A stretch of DNA of 64,000 bases from a virus: UHGV virus genome UHGV-0212009. One strand, 5' to 3'. A model generated the notes under the pieces. It was given only the letters and a program-made list of their open reading frames with translations. It did no database searches and had not been told where the DNA came from. Each line of letters starts with the position of its first letter. The first letter of the stretch is position 1. Made by a program: the position numbers and the translations under genes. Positions 25,642 through 37,600 of this stretch are shown piece by piece.

Positions 25642-28600
25642 ATGGAGACATACAATAAGAAATACAAGATTGTCGCTCCTGATGGATACGTCGAGGAGTG
25701 GTCGCAAGCGGATTTTGAAAAAGGCGGAGCAGCGCTTATGTCTGATAATCCGGACGTCAAAGTATATAGTCAAGAATCATACGACCCGACGCAGCAGTAC
25801 GGAACGAATGTAGCGTATGGCATCGAGGACGAAGACGGGTATTTTGAATCATGGACTGCTGATGAATGGAGTAAAGGCAAAGATGCATTGCTTAAGGACC
25901 ACCCAAACCTCAAAATATATGTGCTTGGTGATGCCTCTCAGGACTATCATCGTCAAAAAGCAGAAGAACAGCGCCAGGCCATTACTGATTTTGATGCAGC
26001 GAATAAGGACTTTATTCGCGCACATGAGCTTGATTCGCTCATAATGAGTGAAGGCGGTGCAGTTAGTGCAGATTATGACGCTAACGATAAAAAATATAAT
26101 GATCTTCTTGCGGAGCGAGAGCAACTCGTATCGAACTATGCGACCAACCCAGCAAACAGGCAGGATTGGAGTGTAAGTGCCCAGTATGCAGACCAGATTG
26201 CATCCAATTATGAATCTAAACTCAAAGGCATGCGTGATGCTACGCGTTTCAGCAACGCTGCGACATCTATGTACTCTGGCAATATTCGTGAGAATAACGA
26301 CTATGTGTTGTACGAACAGGCGCGTAAACTTGCAAAGGACGCAGCGAAAGCTTATGCAGCACCTTCTTATGGTGAGCACACCGGCTTTGGTGGTTATGTC
26401 AAGGATATGGGCACAGGAGCTGGCAAAGTGTTTAGCGATGTTGACTTCTGGAGTCGTGGCTTATCTGCTATTGACCGAGATAAAAATGTGCGTAAGATTG
26501 TCAACTCGCTGTCTGAAAAAGGTATAAATGTTTTGGAGGCTACGGAAAAAGAGTTGTACGACAATCTTTCTCCGGCACAGATAGCTCTTATATCATCATT
26601 CTTGTTGGATGCTCAGGCACAATATGAGCGCTCGCTTGATACTGCTCGTGGATACAATGCCGGTGTCACGTTTGCGGAGTCCATAGGATATATGGCCGAG
26701 TTCCTTGCTACGGGCGGAATCGCGCGTGCTGTTGGCTCTGCCGGAAAGGCCGCATCGTCCGGGTTCGGCAAGCTGCTCGCAAATGAGCTCTCCAAAGGCA
26801 GCGAAGCGGCAATTAAGAGCAAAGTGTCACGGGGCCTAATTAACACCTTTACCAAGGGCGGCACAAAGTCTTTGAGCAAAAATGCAAAGGCGGCTACAAA
26901 TATAGCAAGCAAGGCAGCCGGAAAGGCATATTCTTATGGCATAAGACCAGCAGAAAGCGCTATATGGCACACAGCTCTGCAACCGTCCACATATAGAACC
27001 ATATCCGAGAATCTTACACAAATTAATGATAACGGTGATTTGGTAAAAGCCGGCTCCGCTATCTGGGGTGGAGTTCTCGACCAACTAATTGAAAACTGGT
27101 CCGAATCTATGGGTGGAGCCGTAGAGGACATTCTCGGACTGCCGCTCAAGGGCGTTGGCGCTGCTGGCGAGAAGATACTTGGCAAGACAACCCTTGGTCA
27201 GTGGGGGAAGTGGTTAGCAGATTCAGCGAGCGCCAAAGTACTGCACGAGGCAGGATTCAACGGTCTTATAGGTGAAATGGGAGAAGAGTGGCTTGGTAAT
27301 GCGGCTCGTGTTGGCCTTGACCTTATGACAAAGGATGAATTTAAGGACTTTGCCAGCTTCGAGTCTCAAGTGGATATGGCCGCATCTTTCGCGCCTATGA
27401 CCCTTTTTGGCCTTGGAACGTCATCATATGCAGCAGCCAAGCAAGATAAAAACTATAGAAAGCTTGCAAAAGACATGAGAGGCGTGCTTAATCGAGCCGG
27501 CTGGAGTGAGGAAGATGTAGCCGACGTGATGGATGTCAAGCACACAAAAGAGGAGATAGCTCGGACTCTTGCTCCAGTACTGCAAAGCATTGTCAGAAAT
27601 TCCCAAGACGGGAAAGTGGCACAAGAGGATTATATAACTACGCTTAAGTTCGCCCAGGCAGCAGCAATACAAGAAGTGCTTTCTTCCGCTCAGACAATAG
27701 AGCAGGAACGCGCTCGAAAAGAAATGCAAGAAGAAATCGCGCAGAACCTTGGAGCCGTGCCGCAAGAATTTAAGAATGAGGACGGGACTACTGTAATATA
27801 TCCTACCGACAATAGAGGAAACTTCTCATATACGCAGGTTGAGCAAACCCCTTCCGGTAATTACGGTGTAAATGTAGTAACGACCGCTAAGGATGCTAAA
27901 GGAGAGTATTTCGTCATTCCGGATGATGATTCGGATACAATGCTGCTCAAAAACCGTAACGATGCTAATGCGACACCTCGCTTTATAAGTCGCCAAGAGT
28001 TTCAAGAGCAAGTTGATGCCGGCTTAATGACAACGGAGACATCAACTCTTGACAATTATCTGGATGCAAGGATTGAAGAAAAACGCGAAATACAGCGCAA
28101 GGACGCCGAGAACGCGCAACTTGAAGACAAGTATCAGCAGGTAGCACAGAAGATGCAAGTCGGTTCTAAAATCAACGCCGGCACCGAGGATGCCCCTATG
28201 GAGGGCGTTGTGCTTGCCGTGGATAGAGGTGGCGTAACTGTTGATTTCGGACAGCCAGTGCTGTTGAATGGACGCAATATGCAAATCCACAAATTGTCAT
28301 TAGAGCAAGCAGGTAATTTTGTTGGTATTGATGCGCGGATAGAAAGCGAGCAGCGCTCAGTGGAAGAACAAGTGGAACAAGACGAGATTAATTCCGCCAA
28401 AGTAAAGGCTTACAATCAGTCACTTGCCGGTGAGCAGTTTACCGTTGACGGACATCTGTATACATATGTTCGCATGTTTGAAATGCCACAATTGGATGAG
28501 GATGGAATCGAAATAGCTCATATAGTGGCTACTGATGAGCAGGGACGAGATGTTGAAATGGACATTCCTTTGGAAGACATCAAAACGAGAGAGACAGATG

Positions 28601-31600
28601 CGGCCGTTAAAAACAACGAGCAGGTAGAGGAGGTAAAGGACGATAATGTGCTGCGTGACATCCATGGAAATCCTATCCCAATGCGTGTTAATGAAAAAAC
28701 GCAGCAGGAGGAGGTAGATAAACGTACCTTCAAGAATAAAGATCCTGAGGCATATTATGCCTGGAACGACGCTCAAAGAGGTGGCAATACTGAGGACTCC
28801 ATGCAGGCTATAACGGCTGATATTGCATCAGAAACGGCCCAATTGACCGCGTTACAGAAGCAGCTGACCGTAGAGACGGACCCTGATATGCGAGACGAGT
28901 TGCACGAGAGTGTCAATAAAACACAGAATCGAATCAATCTTCTTGAAGGCATATATCATAAATACGATGCTGAGAACAATTTCCAAGATGAACAACTAGA
29001 TTTTGCAAGACGCATTTATGACGTACAAAGCAAACTAATCAATGCCAAGACACAGGAACAAGTAGATGCGCTTATCAAGATTAAGGCGGACTTATTCCGC
29101 CAATATCAGCTCGCCACAGTGGATTCGGCAGAAAATGTAATGTTGGCCAAGAGAGCTGTTGAATTGCAGCAGGTGATTAATTCCGTTGCGGATGTCCCTG
29201 TGCAAGTAGTGTTTGAGAGTAATATAGAAGCCGTTATGCGTACAGATGGCGCATCCGAGGCAAGTATAAATCGCGTATTAAGCAAAGTGGCCGAACTGAG
29301 AAGTGCCCGTATTACATCGGGCAAAGACCTGGTTATGACCGGTTTGTATAATGAAGGCAAAGTTTATATCTTTGCTGAAGGTAATACTGATGCTTCTTCG
29401 GCTCTTTTGACCTACTATCACGAGAGGCAGCATATGCGTACTGCCGAGGATCCGGAAGCAATGAATAAGGTCCTTGTTCTTGCCAGAAATGAGCGAGACA
29501 ACCTCATACAGGTACTTAGCCTCTTGACTGATAATATCGCTCCGTATCAGGGCGCCAATAATCAGGAATTGGCGGACGAAATTGTTGCCTCCGCAATGGA
29601 AAAAGCATGCACGGACGAGAAATACGAACAAACACTGCGGAGCCGTGGTTTAAGTGAAGAATTAATCAATATAATTAAAACAGAATATGCAAAACAACGA
29701 AGAATTACAGACAGTGACGCTGTTCGACAGGAAGACTGGAATGCGAATGTCCGTACAAGTGACACCGGAAACGGCCAACAAGATGGCGCAGTTGAGCAAG
29801 GAGCATCCGGAAATGGACAGTTGGGCACTGCACAGCTTAGCACTGACACAGGAATAAGCGAAGAGGAGCCTCAGGTAGACACAACTCCACGTGATTTCCG
29901 TGGTAATCCACTTCCGCTCGAAGCAGACGGGACTACTGTTGATCAAAAGACCCTTTGGGAGAACGACCCGGAAGCCTGGGCTCGATGGAATGACGACATT
30001 AACAATGATGCCGGCGCAGACTCTATTGCATACATTAATGCAGTAATAGAGAAACTGAATAAAGCCATAAAGACCAACGAAAAGGCCTACGCTAAGGCTA
30101 CAGACTTCGATAAGCGAGACACGCTCAAAGGGCAGATTAAGGAAGAAAAGCAAAGACTGGACGAACTTCAGGCTATTCTTCGTGCATATCGTCAGAAGCA
30201 AAGCGAAGAGGCTAGCGCTAAAATGCAAGCCGACGCTGTGCGCGCAAGGGAAGCACGTAAAGCAAAGGCGGAGGAACTTGCGAAGTATAACACGGAATCG
30301 CTACAAGACGTCAAGAGAAAGTGGGAAGATGCTCCGAAGGATACCGGTGATGTGGATTCAATTGTTCTTGCTAACGGTGAGCGTATTGAGGGACATTATG
30401 TTCTCACGGAAGCATTTGCGCCTACTCCGTCACATGATCCTGTAGCCGGATACTCAATGACCAAAGGTTTCCCGGTTGATGAAAACGGCAATACTGTCAA
30501 CGACCGCGATTATCAGCATGACAAAGAAGCGCAGAGATTGGTCGAGCAGAAGGCATCATCATTTGACCAGCGGGCCCTTCAGACACCTGTAGTAGTAAGC
30601 AGCGACGGTGTTGTTCTATCAGGCAACGATAGGACAATGGCATCACAAATAGCAGCTCGACAAGGGACTGATAATAATTATAATACTTACCTTGCATCCC
30701 ATCCTCAGCGATTCGGATTTACGGCGGATCAAATTTCTAACTATAGCAATCCGCGTGTAGTATTTGTTCCCGACGCGCCAATGCCTTATACGGCAGCTAC
30801 GTTTGCCAAGTTCAATGCAGAGGAAAAAAAGACACAATCCAAGACCGAGAGCGCCGTCAAGGCAGGAAAGACAATCTCTCCGGAAGCAGTTGAGCATATT
30901 GCAATGATTGTCAACGAGCATGAATCAATCGCTGAGACCTATTCCGACAAAAATGCTGTAGCCGCTATACTCAGAATCCTTATTGATTCTGGTGTTGTTC
31001 AGGAGTCAGAGATTAGCCGCCTTATGGACGGAGATTCGCTATCTGGTACGGGAGAAGACCTTGTGGAAAGCGTTATCCTCGGTGCCGTGATGCGAGAGGA
31101 CGCGCTTAGGTGCGCAATGGGCGACAAGATGATAAGGCGGAGCGTAATGTCTGCTCTCACCCAGCTTCTCAAGAACAACACATACGGAGAGTATTCGCTT
31201 TCTGGAGAGTTCTCCGACGCGGTTGTGCTCTTGTATCAGGCCAAACGCAGCGGACTTGTCGAACCGGGAGAGAGTGTAGCAAACTTCATGAATCAGCCGG
31301 TTCTTGATGGATTCGGAGAGAATCCGCTTGCGGAGGTCACCGTGCAGATGCTTGCGAACACAATCAACGGAACGAAGGTCAATGGACTGAAAAATGTTCT
31401 ATCTTTATATAACGCAAGGGCGGAAATGGCAGCATCGGGACAGGCGGATTTGTTCCTTGGTTCCGTTGAGGCTAAAGAGCAAATTATCAGAGAAATACTC
31501 AATGAATATGGATACAACACAGAAACCTTCACAGCAGCCGCAGCAGAGCAGCGACCAGGACAACAATCCGAACAGCAATCAAAGCAAGGAAGTTCAGAAG

Positions 31601-34600
31601 AACAAGCTCCTGATGCTGTTTCAGGCGATGCAGGAAGCGGAGCAGAAGAAATAAACCAAGTTCGGGCGATTGAGGAACAACGAAAAGTTGTAGACACCGA
31701 GCCAACCGAAGCGCAGAAAGAAGCGGGTAATTATCGCATGGGCCACGTGCGAATAGATGGATTGGATATTACCATAGAGAACCCGCGGGGCAGCATACGT
31801 AAAGGTACAGATGCAGACGGTCATGAGTGGCAAACCGAAATGCATAATGACTATGGGTACATCCGCGGCACCAAGGCTGTGGATGACGACCATATTGATG
31901 TGTTCCTGTCAGACAACCCTACTCGGGGCAAAGTGTATGTTATCGACCAAGTGGATCCGAAGACCGGAGAGTTTGACGAGTCCAAGGTTATGTATGGCTT
32001 TGATTCGGAACAGGACGCAAGGGAAGCTTATCTGTCCAATTATGAAGATGACTGGCAAGGCCTTGGTAAAATCACCGAGGTTAGCAAAGAAGAGTTCAAG
32101 AAGTGGATTGATTCGTCCACACGGAAAACCAAGCCATTCAGCGAGTACAAGAGCGTAAAGCCTGAAAGTTTAGAGTCTCCAAAGACAGGTGCATTTGGAA
32201 CTATATACACCCAGTTCAAAGGCAAGCCACAAGAAGCTATTGCTTTCCTCCTCGAAAAGAAAGAGGGTGAAGCTGTGGGGGCATTGCACCATAAAGACAT
32301 TGGCGACATTGATTTGGTATGGGGAAAAGAAGGAACCGCCAAAAGCGACGGCTTTGGTCTTGCCAAACTCGCGAAATATCATCCAGAAGTTCTTGGTAAC
32401 CTGCAAGAGATACTTGATGCTATGGTTGTTGTCGATCGCACAGACAATCGTGTGCAACTGGAAAGCGAAACACACCAAGCATCAGTACGTCTAACATGGG
32501 ATAGTGAGAAAAAGAATTGGTTGCTTACTGCCTTTGAAAAGAAAAACAGTGTCTCCGACAATACGACAGACACTGTAGGAACCGCTGAAAGCGGCAAGCG
32601 GAATGACACAGCTACTCCGCAAAACACTGTTTCTGACGGCAAATTTACACAATCTTCTGAAGCAAAGCAAGAAAACGGAGAATTATCTGACTTCGCGACC
32701 GAAATATTTAACGACACACTCTCTGGTATTCCAGAGGAAGTAAGGGCACGTGTGACTGTCCGTGAAAGCAGCACGGGGGATGAAGTCGAAGAGAACTTCA
32801 TACAGTCCTATGACCTCGATGGCAAGCCGTCCGGAATCAGCAGGGTGGAACTAATCGATGCCAAGATAGACGAAAACCCGACAAGGTTTGTCATAGACGG
32901 TTCCGATGTTGACGCACCGAAGCCGGAACAAGAGCGGTGGCAGCGACTTGCCGATGAATATAAACAACTGAATCCTGAAGTAATAATCATTGACTGGGAG
33001 GAATCTGGCATCAGTTTTAGAACTTTCAGGGAGGCTTTGGATTTCCTTTCTTGGGCGGAATCATTCGACAAAGAGAATGATGCGGTTTCTTCTCAATCCT
33101 CTTATAAAAAAAATGAGCCTTTGAATAAAGCAGAAGATTCTCGTTTCCGCATAGTGGAGTCGACAGACGAGGAAATTCTTTCGGATTCGAATCAAAAAGA
33201 TTCAGAATACTTTGCTGCTATAGAACGTGGAGACATGGAAGAAGCGCAGCGTATAGTGAATGAATTTGCGCAGAAAGCAGGTTATACGACTATTTCTGAT
33301 TACCAAGGGACATCTGCATTTAATGGTGCAGCACCCTATGGCAACCCTTACTTCCTCACCAAGGAAGAACGTAAGGATGCCTGGGATAATGATGAGTTTG
33401 AAGGAGACCAGACATTAGGCGATTATATAGAACGGGGTATCGATGCGAATAACCTCGATTTCGTAGCCTTGGACCCTCGTAATTATCGTGCCGCCAACTC
33501 TATGCGCAAGGAGGCTATTGACAACGTGCGTAATGCCATCCAGAAGAGGAGCAAAACTATAACTATGTTTCGCAGTGTTCCTTCCGAAATAAAAGAGGGT
33601 TCGTTTAGAAATGGCGACTGGGTGACTCCAAGCCGTGCTTATGCGGTAGATAATGCCAAAATTCACGGTTGGGGGGATAACTATAATATCATTAAACAAA
33701 CGGTATCTGTAGACGAAATATGGTGGGATGGTAATGATATTGCTGAATGGGGCTATGGTCGTGAAGAAGATTATGTGAAAGACACAGACTTTGCCTATAA
33801 AAATACAAAAAATAATCGTAAGCTGCTTGATGTTATTACTCGTGATGATAAGGGGAATATAATTCCGCCGTCCAGAAGATTCGACTCGGGCAATGCGGAT
33901 GAAAGATACCAGATTTCTGGCAGGAAAGCCATCGACAAAAGTTCAGAAGAATCCAGAATCGCATACGAGGCTGTGAAGGAGCAACTAGATAGGATAGGAA
34001 TCCCTGTGGAATTGCTGTCGGATCAGGCGATGAGAGAAATGGCTATAAACGCAAATGCACTCGAAACCGTCTCCTCTCAAGATGAGTATCAACAAACCGT
34101 CGTTTCAAGTGCATCTGGAGCAAAGGTAATAAATAATTTGGATAATCTGGCTAAATCTCTTGAAAATGAGCCCAAAACTAAGGAGAAGACATTTTTGGGG
34201 GCATTAGCAAAAGCTCTTGATGCAAAGAAACACGGGAGCAATAGCCAGTATGCAACATTCGAAGCAAAGAATGGTACGGTTGTTACTATCAGACTTGCGA
34301 ACCACAATGTCGCTACTTCAACCTTTGATAACCATGGGGAGAATGATGGTATTAGTATAGTGGTTAGTGCTAGAAAGAATAATGGAATAATAAATGATGG
34401 CAAGGCTCATGTGACTGAATTCTATTACGATGCTATCAAACTTCGAAAAGCAGAGGGTAAACCGCTTGTAGATATAGTCAAATCTGTCAAGCAGTCTCTC
34501 TATAGTGGGGAATACAAGGACACCACTGGGCTTGCACAGCGCGAAGAGGTCAACGCCAAAGATGTGCCGGAATTTATGACCGTCTATCATGGCAGCGGTG

Positions 34601-37600
34601 CCAAGTTCGACAAATTCGACCACTCCCATATGGGTGAGGGTGAAGGAGTCCAGGCATATGGCTGGGGAACATACGTCACCGAGGTCGAAGGAATCGGTCG
34701 GACATACGCAAAGGCTATGGCCGCCAAAAACGACGGAGCTCTGCCGAAACGCAATCTTTACACCGTAGAAATTCCGGAGGATATAAATTCAGCTCTATCC
34801 AAGGATGAGATTTTGAAGGGGCTCGATAGTCTTGGCAAAGAATTATTTTCAGGATACGGCTTGAATGATGTGCAAATCAATGCTGTGTTCGGGACAACGC
34901 GAGAGTGGTATAAGTACGGATACACTGCAACAAGTGGCTTCTTTCCTCTAAAAGAAGCATTTAAGACCTATGGAATCGATGCAGAAACTATAGACAAGAG
35001 AATTCATGACGAGGCAATGGAAGACCGGCAAAAAAATCCAGCGGGATATGGATTTTACTTGAATTGGGCAGGTAGAATAGACATGTGGATTGAGAAGTTG
35101 GGTATCAGTGAGGATGAGTATGAACGCTATGACATGGCGACCGGCAGGGATGCATATCGTTATCTTGAGAGTAAACTAGGGGGCGCAAAAGAAGCCTCTG
35201 ATTATTTGTCAGATCACGGCTATGTTGGAATATCCTATCCAGCGCAGTACAGGTCCGGTGGGCGTTCTGATGGAGCCAGGAACTACGTCATCTTCAATGA
35301 GAATAACGCGAAGATAGTAGACCGCATCGAATTTCTGCGTGAGCCTGACGGAACAGTGTATGGCGCGACGGTGGGAGGAAAGATTTATCTCAATCGAGAG
35401 CGTCTGAATCCGAACACTCCAATCCACGAATACACCCACTTGTGGTTCTCCGCATTGAAAGACGCAAACCCTGAACTTTACAAAAGAGGCGTTGAGCTGA
35501 TGAAGCAGCTGCCTATATGGGAGGAAGTCAGGACTGACCCGAATTATGCGAACCTTTCTGGAGACGATGCGATAGCGAGCGAATGTCTTTCCCGCCTCGT
35601 CGGTGACAAGGGAGCGGATGTCCTTACAAAAATGGCTAAGGACGCGAATGTCAGGGGCGACATCATTGGTACGGCAAACAGAATTTCACTCATCGAAAAA
35701 TTCAAGGACTGGCTGAAGAAGTTCTGGACTTGGGTAAGGGATTCATTTACCCCATGGACTAAAGAAGAGGCTGCAAGGGTGTCAGTGGACGACATCCAGA
35801 ACATGGTGCTTTCTGACTTGGCAAAGGGTGTAAATCCTTTGGCCAACGCTCGGGAGGAATCAGAAATGAAGAAGACGAACGATAAGTACAATGATGACGA
35901 TTTTGAATATCTCATTAAGCGCAATCCTGGATCATTCGATGCTCCGGAAAACGGTATACGGTTCCGTATAGTTACCGAACCAAAACTAATTGAACAGCTA
36001 AACTTGGAGCCTACGGTAAAGGTATTCAGGGCAATGCAGATTGTTGATGGGGAACTCTTTCCTCCAATGTCGATTACAGTTAACGGTAAAAAACGCGAAC
36101 CATCAAAGATTGGACAATGGGAGCAGAGCGAAGAAAATCCGGAACTTGCTGACGAGGACGGATATTTCAAACTGAATAAGGGTAAAAACGACAATGGGAA
36201 GAATAAATCTCTGAAGGCAAAATATAACCCTTATTTCCACACATCATTGTTTCCTCTGAATGACCAGTTCAGCGAGGCGCAAACTCGTAGCAACATTGTT
36301 ATTGTTGAAGGCCGCGTACCAAAGAGTGAATTAACATCCGGCTATCGTGCTGAAAAGGCGAAGAATTCCGTTGGTAAGATGACTTGGCATTCCGGGCCTA
36401 TTGCAGGTATTCTTGGACAATATGAAGGCAAAGAACGTGAAGTTATCCTCTCTCGTTGGTTCAAGCCAGAAAGAATCGTTCCATACGACCAAATTGCTGA
36501 CCTTTCTGTCCAGATGTTCAAGGGGACCTCTCTTGAAAAGAATCCTCTTCCGTCGAATGTATTCCATCCCGATCTTCGAAATGAACTTGAGAAACGCGGC
36601 GTATCATTTGTGGAAACCAATAATCGGGGGCAGCTTCTTGATGATGCGGAAGGCCGGACTTGGTCCTCTCTTTACGGAAAGGAGGCTGCTGGCAAGAAAG
36701 CAAGAGTTGAGGCTAAAGAGCAGGATGTTGTAGACATATTCTACGACGAAGAGATGGAATTAGCTAATAAAATATTCAATAAGGAGCTGCAACAACAGAT
36801 TGATGGTAAGCTACCAAGCGACCATATATATAGAATGGGACAACCAGGAAGAATATTGCTGTCAACTGGTGTGCCAGATTTGCCTATACAAATGAACGCT
36901 TCAAGGCTTAAAACAAAAGCTACATCATATGGGCATGACTTTGAATTGAGTGAAATAAAGGATTTGGTAAAAGCATTGCAGACACCTTTGGCAGTATTCG
37001 CGTACGGTGATAAGTCAAAAGCACAGAATATAATTGTCCCATTGCAGAAAGACGGAAAGAATTTCATAGTCGGTTTGTCGCTCAACCCGACAGTTGGAGG
37101 AAGAAGCCTTGAAATCAACAGTATAAGGAATGTGTTCCCAAAAAACAACTATGAATGGTTGAATTGGATAAGCCAAGGCAAGACGTTGTATTTGAACAAA
37201 GAAAAAGTTCAAACCCTCATAAACCAACAGCGAACGATTCTCGCTGACGTGGAATATCTGGATTTGAACTCTGTTGCGAATATAGTAAAAAGCTTTGAGA
37301 ACCCAAGCGGTAATGAGAAAAATATTAAGGCTGCTGGCAAGAAGGTTGTCAAGACTCTTGCTGGTGTCCATAATATTACAGAAGAAAAACTTCGTAAGGC
37401 CCTAAAGTTAGGAGGCTTTGCCAATCCGAGTCTCGCCGTCATTGATACGGAGAAGAGCAACCATGAGAATTTCGGAGAGATTTCGCTGATAGCTCCGTCG
37501 GCTCTTGTTAACAAGGAGAGCGGCCGTACAGCTGGTACGTGGACTACTGATGCCTATACTCAGCGTTATCCTTCCGTGGAACGTCAGATGAGCGACAAAG

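Noticed and set aside
26897..33560. Other antisense -7-like octamers (26897, 33552)
   Set aside because: No correctly spaced -33 element and no downstream closing stem or U-tract
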